From positions 682,001 through 746,000 of the forward strand of contig MU056434.1 of NCBI GenBank assembly GCA_013239625.1: a DNA stretch of 64,000 nt, given 5' to 3'. The notes beneath the pieces are model-generated. The model was not told the DNA's origin. It did not search any database and worked only from the letters and a program-made list of their open reading frames with translations. A program made the translations under genes and the position numbers. This DNA is from Lama guanicoe (Eukaryota). This document shows positions 22,930 through 37,500 of this stretch, piece by piece. Each line of letters opens with the position of its first letter. The stretch's first letter is position 1.

Positions 22930-24618
22930 TAGCTCTGCGGTCCCGGGTCCAGCGTCAGCCGCTAAGCGCACGGGCCGAGTGGACGGCCAGGGCCGGGAGA
23001 CTGGCTACCAGGGTGCAGCCGCAGTCCCAGGACTCTGGCCGCCCAATGTGCGGCTGGCTCCGCTCACCCGGCCCTCCCAGGGGCCTCGCCAACCAGGCGG
23101 CTCCCTGTGGATCCCAGCTTCTCAAAGGAAACTCCTTGCTTTGGTTCCCTAGTTCAGTCCATCCGGGATAGATAGAGGTGCAGCCGGTCCATGGTCTGGA
23201 GCGTTGTAGCATAGAGTTAAGCCCCTTAAAAACTGCTGTTCTCGGTAAAGTTGCTACCCAGCTTTCTCAGGCCTGCGTTTCGGGCGACTGTGGGGCCTGG
23301 CTCTGCCGCCCTGGCCGCCGCCTTCAATTGGCCTGTGTTTGTTTTAAGGGCCCAGAGAGAAGGGGAACAAGTTTTGCGATGCAACCGATTTGACCAGCAG
23401 ACAATGGCGGGTGCCGATCTGTGTCTAATGTACACAGGAGACACCGGCTCCGAGTCCGCACAGAGGAGGGGATCTCAGGGCCTGTTTGTAGAGCCTTCTC
23501 GTGGTTTCTCTTTCCCTGCCGCGGTGTCCTCCCTGGGGGAGGCTCCAGCTCCAGGTCAGGGGTCTTCTCCAGGCTCTCCTGCTGTTGCCGAGCACACGGC
23601 CTCCCCCACCCCGCTGCCCACAGGACTGTGCCCCAGCCTCTGGCCCAGTCCAGCCCAGCAAGGGCCTTGGTGCAACCAGGCTTGCCCCAGAAGCCTGCAT
23701 TTTGCAGCTCCCTCCTGCCTGTAGAGGGTGGTGGGAGGGTGAGGCAGGACTGGCCAGGAGGCTGGCTCCGTGGCATCTGCTAACTGCCCACTGCCCACAA
23801 GGAGCTGCCTGTGAGGGGTGGCCGTAGGACGGGCAGGTGGGGGCCAAGCCTCATACTGTCCTCCAGGGCCCAGCGGCCAGCACTGCTATGGCATCAGGAC
23901 AGGGCCGGCCCACGGCCAGCGGCCCATGCAGGAGCTTCAGAATATCCTTTCCAGAGCCTGGAACCATCACCAAGTCAGACTCCAGGGGAGGGGAGAGTTG
24001 GGGGACCACGGAGGCAGGAGCCACATCTGCCCTGAGTAGCTGCCTCTTGGGAACTTGCGTGTGTCCCTGAGGAAGGTGGGGAGACCCCGCACTGGGCAGG
24101 AGGTAGGGCCTCAGAGTCAGGGCTGTGGGCTGCAAAGTTTGGCCTCACCAGAGGGGTAGGGCAGCAGCCGCAGACCCAGCCAAAAGGGCGACCTGGACTC
24201 CTCCGAATCGCACAGACGGCCTCGCTTTCACTTTGTTCGAGCCGGGCGCTTAGGCCATTTGCTTAGATCGAGCTGGAGGAGGTTCTGCTGAGGGCTGCGG
24301 AGGATCCCTGGGAACGCTGGGGTCACCGGCTGAGGCTAACTCCGGCCGGGTGGCTGGAATCACCGTGGGTAGTTGCTTGGTGGGGTCTACACAGGCCGAG
24401 GTTGGGGTGTGGAGGCTCAGCGATGGCGCAGAGTGAGCCACTTTTGTGTTTCAGAGAACGGCCAGGGGCTGTCCTGCCGACCCACTGGCCCTGGCTGGGC
24501 AGGGGCCTGGCCGGTTAAGTGGGGAGCAGGAGAGGAGACCAGGCAGGGAGGCCCCGCGCTGGGCGCTGGGCCGGTCGAGGTGAGTGGCCCTGCCCTCCCC
24601 CACCTGCGGTGACCCTAG

Positions 24619-24738
<120 letters not shown>

Positions 24739-25215
24739 TGAGCGCCTCGCTGGCCTGGGAGGAGGCAGTGGGTCCCTGCGTGGTGAGGTGGGCATGGGCA
24801 GGGTGGCCCAAGACCTGAGCGACATGTGATCCTCCCCACTCCCCTAGACCCCAGACACACACTTCCCACAGCAGTTCTGGGGAGCTCCCCTCAGAGGTCA
24901 CTGGGGCTGGGCTCCCCCAGCACAGGCCGGAGACACCTACACACTTGCACGGCCCCTGCCTTTTTCCGTGTCTTCCTCTCCCATGAGGTGGGCGCCTTGT
25001 CCCTCCCCCAGCCCCTGGAAGCTGGGCCCCTGAGCCGGCAGGAAAGGTGGGGTGGCCCAGAGAGATTATGCAGGGCGGGCCTCAGCTGCCCGGACAATTA
25101 ACAGCAATTAATAAGGAGAGCTCGGTCCGCCCCCACACCCTAGGCTGTCGGCCTGGTCAAATCCAGGCTCCGCTGCACTGGCAACACTGGAGGCCAGCTG
25201 GGAGGCCCAGAGTGA

Positions 25216-25791
<576 letters not shown>

Positions 25792-26104
25792 TAGAGGGGT
25801 CATACTTCTTCCCTTCCCCTACTTCTGTTTTTGGCTGGAAGCTTTTTAGCTGGAAAGGGTGGGGCCATGTGTGGGCGGGTGGGGGCCGCAGCCTCTGGAA
25901 TCCAGGCGGAAAGGCTGGTAGCTGCCCCACACAGAGCAGGCATTGCTTCTCCAGGACCTAAGGAAAGAGGGTCCCAGCTCTGCTTGGCCCCTCAGCCTGG
26001 CCTCACTTAGGGAGTTCAGGATTTTGCCGGGTTGTCTAGAAGTTCGCTGCCTGTCCGGACCTCGGCTGGTTTCCTAGCTCAGACCTCGCCACCTTGTCTT
26101 CCAG

Positions 26105-26260
26105 ATTATTCTCAACTCCATGCATAGATACCAGCCACGCTTCCACGTGGTCTACGTGGACCCGCGCAAAGACAGTGAGAAATACGCAGAGGAGAACTTC
26201 AAAACCTTTGTGTTTGAGGAGACGCGCTTCACCGCGGTCACAGCCTACCAGAACCACCGG
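26105..26260 (+). CDS. TBX1: TBX1 T-box exon (156 nt)
   Basis: ttccag|[52 protein letters not shown]|gtgagg. Confidence 0.97.
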
Positions 26261-26786
26261 GTGAGGCCGAGGCCTGGCACAGTCAACACTTCTGGGAAGG
26301 GGTGCAATTTTCAGTTGCTGCCTGGGGGACAGAGGTTCGGTTCCTGTAAAGCCAGCCCAATGGAGCCCCACCCCTGAGGTCCTCGAGCAGCCGATCCCCC
26401 GAGGAGCCCCCTGCCACAGGCAGGACCAGCCTCCTATCAGGCTGACCTCTCGTGTGGCAACTGTCACTGTGGCCTGAAAGTTTGTTTACCAAACCATTCC
26501 GGAAACTCCCCATCAGGGGCCTGATGAGCGGTTTACCCAGATTCCTAGGGCGCCCCTCCACTCCCCACTGCTGCGGCATGGGGGGTGGAAGTGACCACAT
26601 TCCCATCCCAGCTGGGGGAGGGCACAGGGTCTCCATCCTAACCACTGGGGGCAGAAAAGACGGATTCCTTAGCAATAAAGGGGGCTCCCTGGCACCCCTG
26701 TCGAAGGAGAGAGGCACAGCCTCCACTGGGGAGGGAGCAGTTGTGGGCCCGCTGCTTCTTGTTCGCGGATAGTAGAGGGGCCCTAA

Positions 26787-26960
<174 letters not shown>

Positions 26961-26963
26961 TGA

Positions 26964-27859
<896 letters not shown>

Positions 27860-28207
27860 TGCGGGTGCCCGCCCGTGGGTCCGGTCCACCCAGCGTGGAC
27901 CACCGCGGTGCCCCTTCCCCGGCCTCCAAGCCATCGGGCCCTCCTCCCGCCAGACCCAGAGCCGTCCAAGGACTTGGTGCCCTGGCCCCGGGGCCACTGC
28001 GGGTCCCTCCCCGGGTCCGCGCCGCCAGTGCCAAAGCGCGCGGTTCGCGGCGGAAGGAAGTGATATTTATTGTTCTCCGCGAGACCGCGTCCTCCCCCGG
28101 CCCAGCTGGCAGCTGCAGTGTAGACGACCCGAGAACCCTGTCTGCAGGCGGTGTAGAGACTTGTAGATATTTGTAGATACTGTAGATAACCGTGCCGGCG
28201 CCGACTT

Positions 28208-28213
28208 GATAAA
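28208..28213 (+). terminator. Candidate non-canonical poly(A) signal GATAAA of TBX1
   Basis: About 350 nt after the stop, preceded by five UGUA motifs and followed by U/GU-rich sequence. No AATAAA seen between the stop and this site. Confidence 0.45.
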
Positions 28214-31200
28214 CGGTTTCGCCTCTTTTGGAAGCTGCCTGAGTGTCCATTTCTTTGCGTCCAGTTACATCGCGCGGGATGTCTTGGGGAGAGCGAGTTC
28301 TGTTCGACTCGGGGACTCGCGGTCCCCTCAGCCACGTCCCCACAGTCCGAAGGTCGGGCTCTGCGCGGGGCGGGGGTCCCTGCAGTGCGCTCCGAGCCCC
28401 TCCTCCCAGCCCCCTCCCAGGCCACGCCTCCCAGCGACCTCTCCCGGCTAGTCCGTGCGCCCCGCCCCCACTTCCACCTTGCGTCCCCAGCCCAGCCTCC
28501 CCCTGGTTGTGCTGCCGAGTCTCCTTCATCCCAGGTGTGCAAGGGACCTTGTTACTTAAATTCCTCACCCGGACGTTTCCCTCTTGAGGACTTGGGCCCC
28601 CACTCCTGGCCTGTTCTCAGGACAGATGCCTGTGTTTTTTCTACAGAAGGCAGGACAACAGTCACCATCACACAGGACAGGACACTGTCCGCTGGGGGCA
28701 GGAGGGGAAGAGGGAAAGCCCTGACTCTGTTCGGGAAAGACAAAAACAGACAGTTCTGCTCTGGTAGCGTTTCCCAGTCTGGCCCCGGCCCAGGCCTGCG
28801 TTTTCCCCTGTTTATTGACTTTATTCACTGTGAGTGTCCCCATGGAGTGACCTGGACGGAGGCACAATGACAGTGGTCATGAGTCATCTTGAAACCTGCC
28901 TGTGAAGCGTTTTTCCCAGGCCAGGTGGTGAGGGACCTCTCCCCATCAGCTCAACACCAGGGATGGGGCCAGAGGAACCCTTTGATCCCTCCCTTCCTGA
29001 GTCCAGGCAGGAAGTGCTGATGGACGGCGGTCACCGTCAAGGCTGCCGGCTTGGACACGAGATGGATGGGAAGTGCGAGTGGCTGAGGTTCTGTCCCCCT
29101 TCTGTGCCTGTCCCAGTGTGTTCGTGACAACTGCTGCCATGTGGCCCTGGCAGCCTGGTGCCACCTCTCTGAGGGCCCGGCCAGGCATTTCCTGATGTCC
29201 GCTCTGGGCTGTACTCTTTTTTTTTCCAGATGCGTTTGCCCTGGTGGCGGGAAGTGACCAAGAGCTTAGCAGTCGGATGGCAGGACCTGTTCCTGAGAGG
29301 CAGGTCTAGGAAGGGAGGGGGCAACCAAAGCTGCTGAGGGGTGAGCTCTGGAGCCAGGGCCCCTCAGAGCTTCACAGAGCACCTGCACCAGGGCATGAAG
29401 ACTCGCAGCATCTGGCCAGCAGCTCCCTGGACGTAGCATCAGGAACACACTCCTAAGGGCGGCCCTGGACACCTAGCCCTGATGGGCACCCGTCCACCCC
29501 CAACTGCAGGGCTCCCTCTGGGCAAGCCTGCTGTGTCAATGGGCTCCCTGCTTGGGGTCATGAGTGCACCTGGCACCCACCTTGTCCTGGGAGGCCTGCA
29601 GGAGTGATGGGCAGTGGTCTGCCCAGCTGAGCTGGTCTCCCCTGCAGACACTGGTTCTCGGGCCTCCCTCTTCCCTGAACCATCCAGACCGTGGGGGCTG
29701 GGGGCTTGGGATGGGAACCATGGTTGCAGACATCAAAGCTGAAGTGAGGAGAAGCTCCCCAACACTAACGATGGTGTTTGCAGGTAAGAGGACGCACCCG
29801 TGTGCACAGCCCGCTCCCAAGATCGCCACCCATTTGAGATGCAGAGCTGCACTGCTGTCCGGCACGGGAGCCACTCACACGCTAAGGATCGGGAATGGAA
29901 TCAAGGTGAACAGCAGGCCCCCTGCCAGGCGGCTGGTGGGCGGACACTACAGATGCTTGCCCGGCCTGGGGAGCAGCCCCAGAGTGTGGTTTCCTCCCCA
30001 CGGCCCCTGTGGAGGCCTTTGCCTGGCTGGGAGCAAGTGACATTGGCATGGTGAGCTGAGTGCCTGGCCAACCATGCTGTGCTGGCCAGGTCTCTATTGC
30101 TGACCAGCATCCAGTCCCCGTGAAGGGCAACTGCTGGTTCTCAGGTGGGTGCCCTGCTATCTGCCACCGCCACAGGCTGCTATCACTTTCATCCTGGGGG
30201 TCACAGGGAAGGGCTGGCTAGGGTCATCCAGCTTCTGCCATGCACTCCACATTTCAGAGTGGCGCTCGGGCCATCTCGGGCCCTCGTCCCTGAAACAAGG
30301 GCTAGGTGTGCTCCCCCCCCCACTGCAGGTGCAGTCTGACCTTCCCCGGACAATCCTTGTCCTCCTGTGACTGTCCTCTCCCTCTTCCAGCCCCTCATTC
30401 CTGCTTGGCCATGCCTCTGAGCCGTGCTGTGTGGGGCCCAGATCCTATTCCACCTGCATCTCGTGGGCCCCCCAGAGCATCTTCCTCTGGGCTCCCCGTT
30501 GGCCCAGAGGCCTGCACTGCTCCCCTCGCTCTCTCCAGATGTACAGCTGCTGGGGAGGACGAGAGCTTGGACCAGAGGGTCCTTCAGTCTTTTTTTTTTG
30601 GTCCTTCAGTCTTGAAGCTTTTCTGAAAATGATGGACATCCACTGTGGGAAAGAGGTGACCTTGAGCAAGTGGAGGCAGGTGGGGCCTATCCGCTCCCCT
30701 TTCACACATTTGGCCCCTCATCGGGGCCTCGGGGACCCAAGGACTCTGGGACGTGGTGGGACATCTCCCATGATCCTGGAGCCTCTGTCTGGGATGTGAG
30801 CCGTCCAGCCCCTGGGATGGCTCAGGGAACTGCCCGTCCCTCCCGGTGCCCTGGCACAAGCGGCTGGTGGTTCTGGAGACTTGCCCAGTGCACCCCGCAA
30901 GCCCCCTTCCTCTATGTGCCCAGGGCCCCTATGTAGGAGCCCTGTGACCCCACAGAACTGCTCACTGGTGTGAGGACGCGCTGGATGGACCCCTGCACCA
31001 CACTCGGGTGAGGCTGGGGACCCCAAAGGCCCTTAGGGGATGAGGTGCCCGGTGAGCTATGGGTACAGCAGTCTGGTGACAAATGTCTTGGAGGGGTGGG
31101 TTACACAGCCCCCCGGGGAAGCCTCGTGGGGCCGTGAGCTGAGATCCAGCTCCTGGGGCCTGGAGTTGAGGAGGGAGGGCCCCTGCAGCCCCCTTCTGCC

Positions 31201-33654
31201 CAGCAGAGGAGCCCACAGTGGGTGTGGGACACGTGTGACGCTGCTGGGGGGAGGCACTGGTCTCCAGGTGTGCTGCAGATCAAAGCCTGTGCAGGCAGCC
31301 AGAGGGAGGCGGAGCCCGGGAGAGTGAGTCCGGTGCCTTGCAAATGGGGAGGCCTGTCCTCTGTGAGGGTCCAGAACCCGGCTTCTCCGTGGGGACCTCT
31401 GCACAGCCCTGTCCCCCTCCAACACCTCCAACACCCGCCTTGGAGTGGCCTCTGAGTCCCGACTGGGGTCCAGCAGAGGGGGGGTTGCGGGGGCAGCCCT
31501 GGGCCCCGGGAGGGGTGGGGCTGTTTGCTGGCCTACCTCACATGCTTTCCGTATTTAGGAAAACACAAGTTGTGCTTTGATTCAACTCCCTTTCCCACTT
31601 GTTGTACTTCTTTAAACCAGATGGGTTCACGGGATGAAACTTTGGAATCTCGGCATCTCTATTTTAACTGCTGCCAGGTCTGTGTGTGGGAAACAGCAGA
31701 ACCAGAGGTATTTTGCTGAAAGCAGCCACGTCAGGGGGAAGCCTAGGTTCTAACAGCTTAGTTCCTTAATTAGAAGAGCGGCACCATCGACATCCTTTCT
31801 CCGCCAGCTCTGTCACCTAGAGTCAGCATCAGCTCTCTCCTCCACCACCGCGGCCGGTCGTGAGGCTGCCTGGGCCGGCGGCCCCCAGAGGCTGGCCCTG
31901 ATGGGAAGGCCTCTTCCTCGGTGGCACTGCACCCCAGGAGAGGCCGCATTCTGTCTTCTCAGCCACGTGTGTGCGCCTGCAGGGCAGGGACTGCGAGGCT
32001 CTGGGGCTGGCCTCTCCTGGTGAGGACAGCTAGCCCCGCCCCCCCAGGAGGCACCCCCCCCACCTGAGCGCCCCCCACAGCGGCCGGCCCCTCCCTGCAC
32101 ACCTGTCCTGCCACCTCCCCTGGCTCCTCCCTGTCACCCTGGCCTTGATTCTTCTCCCTTTTTTCCCACCTCTGACTCAACCTTCATCCCAGAATGCATT
32201 TTCTGGATTCTTCCCCAGGACCTCTTGTGACCTCATCACGCAGTGAAGGTGGCGTTGGTGGCCAGGGCTGGCACTCTCGGGCTCCCCAAGGACCACGGCT
32301 GCACATGGACCTTCTCCCGGCAGGGGGTGCATTCCCCTGAGGGCACGTGAGGTCTCCACCGCAGGCCCCCTCCCTGCATGCCCGAGGGCTGCCCGGCCGG
32401 CCAGCTCTGATGAGGCCTGCGGTGGGGCTCAGGGCTGCAAGGAGCCTGGCACAATAGTGTCCCTCAGCCAGTTGGTGTCACTGTCCATCTGCAGTGTGGG
32501 TCAGGCGGAAGGCCGCCCCCTCTTCCCCTCCAACGTGGTGCCGGGGACTCAGAGCCCTGTGAGTGTGGCCATGGGGATGCAGCAAAGTATGGAAGCAGCC
32601 CCATCAATGCAAATAATCCCTTTCCGATGACAGTAAGTAAGGTCTCAGAGGGACTCAGGGAAACAGGCGGCTTCATTAAGATGTGGCTGGCTGGCCTGGA
32701 AGCTCTTGGGCCGGGCCCATCTCTGGGGAGAGCCTGCTGGGCACAGAACTGCAGAGAGCAGAGCTCCCAGGCTGTGCCCCACCTGCGCGCACCTTGGCAG
32801 ACGTGGGCAGTGGGCTGCAGGGGACACTGGGGCCCCAGACTGCCAGCTGAGCGAGGAAGTGGACACAGATGCGCACACATGGACTCACACACCCACCACC
32901 CTGAGGCTGGCCTGTGCCGGGGGCAGCCTCTGGACATCTGGGGCAAAGTCCCCATTCCCACAGGGGTGGCCGAGGAGAGGCTACTGGCCCTGCGAGGGCT
33001 GCTGCTGTGTACCCTGGGCAGCAAGACTGGCGAGTGCTCCCCAAGAGCGAGGGGCAGTGGAACTCCACAGACGGGGCGGACCCAGCACCCTGAGGAGGCC
33101 TGTGGCGGCCCTGCTCCCCCTCCTGTGGGGCTGGGTGGCTTCCGGCACATTTCACCTCCTTGGCTCCGGTGATCAAGCCCTTCCTCTCTCTGGGTAGCTG
33201 GCCTGGAGGGTCCATTTAGAGGCGGGGCCCAGGACTGCAGTCAGCACCCCCTCAGGAGAGCTGGACGCCCCGTCACTGTCCACCAAGCGCTGCACAGCTG
33301 ACCCCAGAGATGCCGCAGGCCGACCACCTTCCTCCATCACCCCCGTGTCCCCATCCTGCCCCTCTAACGGGTGGGCTGTGGGCGGGAGCCCCGGGGATTC
33401 AGGCATCCTGACCCCATTGCTGCCAGGAAGGGGGATGCTCTCGGGTGGGCCAGGCCGCCGCGGGGCCGGGAGGCCTCCTCCCTGTGCTGGCGGGTCCGTT
33501 CACTCCTGGAAGCTGGCCTGCCCTGCACTCAGCTGCTGGGTCCCTCCAGTGGTCAGCTATTGCCCATGCATGTGTCTCGTCCCAGTGAGAAAGTTCCCAG
33601 AAGACAAAGAAATCCTGTCACGTGAACACCCAGAAAATAACCTACAATGAATGA

Positions 33655-34350
33655 AAAACCTGAGTTAAACCACAGCAAGAGACCACTCCATACCAGTTAA
33701 GACTGATGGCTATTACCAAAACGAAACCAAACAAGCAGAAAAGAAGAGATGCTGGAGGAAGGTGGACAGAAACCCCGTGCCCTGTTGGAGGGAATGAAAG
33801 ATGGTGGAGATGCCGCGGAAAACAGTGTGGAGCTTTCTCAAAAAGTTAAACATAGAAGCCCCACAGGAGCCTGCAATCCCACTCGTAGGTGCACAGCCTG
33901 GAGAACCGGAAGCAGGAGCTGGACCTGATAACTTGCCCACCCACATTCACAGCAGCACACACAACTGTCAGCAGCTGATCAGTGGATGAAAGACGTGGTC
34001 TGTCCATACAGTGGAATATTACTGCATCATAAAAAGGACATTCTGACACACAACATAGATGGACCGTGACACTCGAGGAAATTAGTCGGACACAAAAGGA
34101 CAAGTCCTATGTGATTTCACTTATGTGAGGTCCCTGGAGTTGTCAGATTCACACAGTCGGACGGCGGGGGTGGGGCCGGGGGAGGGAGTGGGGTTAATGG
34201 TTGGTGGAGATAGTGTCAGCTGGGAAGGATGAAAAGTTCTGGTGGTGGCGGCTGCACAACAGTGTGAATGTACTTAATGCCGCTACGCCGTGCACTTAAA
34301 GGTGGTTAAGATGGGATGGTTTGTAACGCATTTATGTCTATTTAACAACT
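33655..34350 (+). mobile_element. LINE-1 (L1M, L1MB-like) ORF2 end and 3' UTR fragment
   Basis: Hallmarks tttctcaaaaagttaaacataga, gcaatcccact, atacagtggaatattact, gatgaaaagttctgg, gtgaatgtacttaatgcc. Confidence 0.88.
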
Positions 34351-34424
34351 AAAACCCTGGGACCATCCAGAGTCTGCAAAAACCATGCTGTTCATCTTGA
34401 CTTGATGAAGTCGGTCCTCACCTG

Positions 34425-34560
34425 CCTCTAAACCTGCGGTGTTTCGCGTGGCAGTTTTGTCCCCAGAGGCCTCCGGCAGCATCTGGAGACACCTTTGCTG
34501 TCATGCTGTGGGTGGAGGCACAGGGCGCCCACGACACAGACTCATCAGGGCAGACGTTAC
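34425..34560 (+). mobile_element. MER20-like (hAT) DNA transposon fragment
   Basis: ggcagttttgtccccagagg...ggcagcatctggagacacctttgctgtca resembles the MER20 consensus as recalled. Confidence 0.5.
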
Positions 34561-37500
34561 AGGGTCATGGTCAGGGTCAGCCCTCGGGGCGGCCCAACTG
34601 CGCTGAGCCTTGGCGCGGCCTGGCACGTGGCTGGGCGGCAGCTGGATGGGTGAGCGCCCTCCCGAGGGGGCTGCCCTCCCACTGTGCTGCCACCAGGCCG
34701 AGTCCCCTTGGGCCTGGGGACCCGGCTCCCCGTGAGACAGGCAGTCTGGCCCCCAGCTAGAGTCTGGGTGTGGGGTCCAGACCCCCAGAAGTGGCCAGTG
34801 TGCCTGGCCAGTCCAACTGGTGGGACAGAAGATGCCTGCTGGGATAGGAGTGAGCTTTCACGGACCCCGGTGGGCACTGCCAGAACTACCAGGAAAGTCT
34901 GCCCATCCTGACCCTGACCCTGGGAACCCGGGCTTTTGCTGGTCCCTCCTCCTCGCCCCTCCTGGCCAGCTGAGCATCTGTCTCAGCACCCTGGGCTCCA
35001 TCTGGCCCACGAGCAGACACACGTTCAGAGAGGACTCCTCCAGGCCCGGCTGCTGGGCTGGTGCCCCCTTCTGGGCTGGCACCCCTGTTCCGGGCTGGGC
35101 GTCCAGGAGCTCACCTGATACCTGGAGCCTGGGAGGCCGCTGCTTCACGTCGAAGGGTCAGGTTGAAGCCGCACGCTGGCTCCAGGGCTGCCGTTTCCCC
35201 TCCTTTAGGTCTGTGCTTGAAATTTCCAAAATAAACACAATGTCAATTGTTCAGTAAATTCTCAAGATCCACAAAGCGTACGTCATGTAGTGAGAATTCC
35301 CTCCACAGCCAATTGTAACTCAGTTACTAAATCACAACTTATGGACGTAATACACCAAAATTTCCCCAACACTTACACGTTGTTTGTAAATTCTTTAGAA
35401 ACACTTCCAAATATTTAAGAGAAGGACAAGACTAACTTACATGTGAACGCGTTCTAATGGGACCCAGGGAGCCGCTTCTCCCCTCCTGCAGTGAGTCCTT
35501 GGTGGGGCCCCGGGCAGGCGGCAGCCGACAAGGTCGTGGGAGCTCAGCTTGGGCCCCACCCAGCCCATGAGGGCCTGGTGACTTCTCACAGGGGCTGCCC
35601 CCGGCCCAGAAAAAGCCTCCCCACAGGGTCAGGAGCTCTGAACCACAGCCCTGTCCCTCCTGGTCATCTTCAGTCTGACCCTTGGCATCTCCCCTGGGAT
35701 GAGGGGCTCTGGCTTCACATGGACGGCGGTCCTGACAGGCTGGGATGAGAAACGTCCTTGGAGAGCAGGGCTGAAGGAGGGGCGTGCGTAGCTGGAGGGA
35801 GAGGGCGGCAGGGCGCTCCACCTGCGGACGGGAGGAGGACTGGGCACGCAGTCCCCACCCTGGCTCTGTCCGCAGGTCTGGGGTCTCACTTTATGAAGGC
35901 TGCACTCTTGCTAACTCCCCCATTAGGAGGTGGGGTCTATGCCCTCCTGCCAGTACCAGTAAGGAAGGCTCCAGGCGCCCACCTGGCTCACTGGCCGAGC
36001 CCTCAGTTCCCCCATGGAAGAATGACTCCAAGTCCGCCATGCTGAGGGCCCCCTGAAGGTGCCCTCGTGAGCAGCGCCCTACCCCGTGCCCACATGCCTA
36101 AAGAGGGGGCAGGAGGCCTGGCAGGAGCCAGCTCACTAGTGTCCGTTTACCGATGGAGGAGCAACGCCTGCACCTGACTTGACAGGTTTTACTGCCTGTG
36201 GGGGAACATCTGAGGGGGGTCCTTTGTATTGTGGTGAAACGAGAACAAGAGGTGCCCACTCTCCGCCCCAGCTGCAGGCGCCCAGAGCAGCCTCTGCAGC
36301 CCTGTCGGGCCTGGGGGACTCCCTGCTGCGGGTGAAGCCCTGGCGGGCTGCCCTCCGCCGCACCCCACTCACCTCGCAGCAGCCGCTGGGGCTGCTGTGA
36401 TTTCCGCTGCGTGGGAAGGAACAGAAGCAGCCATCCAGGGTGTTGGAGGCATGGCCCTGAGGGTGCACACGGCGCCAGGAGGCTCCTGTTGGCGGAGGCC
36501 GGGCCACTCTGAGCCCACTCGGATGGACAGGATGCTGGAGACCCATCCTGCCCGCGTGGGTCCCACAGGTGGCCGGCCTCCTGCATGGGGCAGCTCTGGG
36601 GAAGGACTCGGCTGTGGATATGACCAGGACAACCCGGGGTTTTGCCCACATGCAGCATCCTCCTGGGCTGGGCTGGGCATCCAGCGGGGCCCTGTTTCTT
36701 ATTGAGCTGTTGGGGTTTGAGGCTGGGCAGGTCCTTGGCGATCTGCTGCCATGTAAGTTGGGGCCTCATGATGGTTCCAGGGTAGTGGGCGCCCTCCGCC
36801 TGGCGCCCACAGGCCTGGAGGCTGAGGAGCCTGCCTGCGCCTGAACCCGGCCCACAGCCCGCGGGCTCGAGGTCTGAGGGCTGTGTCAGGCACACAGGGC
36901 TGATGGGGCTGTCACAGCCAGACCTGTGCCCACACACGGAGATTCGGCCACAAGGCACCCCGGGACACCGGCCACAGCACGTGGCCTTGGCGGAAGCCCA
37001 GAGCCCAGCACGGGGTCAGCCCTGTGGGTGCCTCTGACACAGGTGGGGCCAGATCCAGACGACTCCAGTCTGCGTCCAAGTCTGCTGGAGTGCTGGTCAT
37101 CCTTGGAGAAGAGACGCAGCAGCCCCCACTCTCTGGGGCATCACTGGCCCTCATGCTCCTCACGCTCTTGTGCTGCCCTGTCCCTCATCCCAGGCGCACG
37201 CTTCCATGGCTGCTTTTATAAATTCAGTGATTCTGCCAAAGGACAGCCAAGCTGACCACACAGACACAAACGGGCAGGGGTACCCCATCCTCAGCCAGGG
37301 CACTGCCTGGCGCCTGGTGGCTCAGGGCCACAGCTGCGGAAGGACCTGCAGAAGGACTGACGGGGCTCAGCCCCCTTCCCTGCCAAGCAGCCCCCTCCGG
37401 AGAGCAGCAGTGAGGATGGACGTCGGCACCAGTCTCCCTGCGGTTCATGGCTGTGCTACAGTGAAGCCAGGCAGGTTCTGAGACAGAGTCCCTTGCAGTT

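Noticed and set aside
29700-29790. DIKAEVRRSSP, faintly like the human TBX1A alternative C-terminus
   Set aside because: Similarity too weak and no convincing acceptor in the right phase; alternative A/B exons could not be identified.
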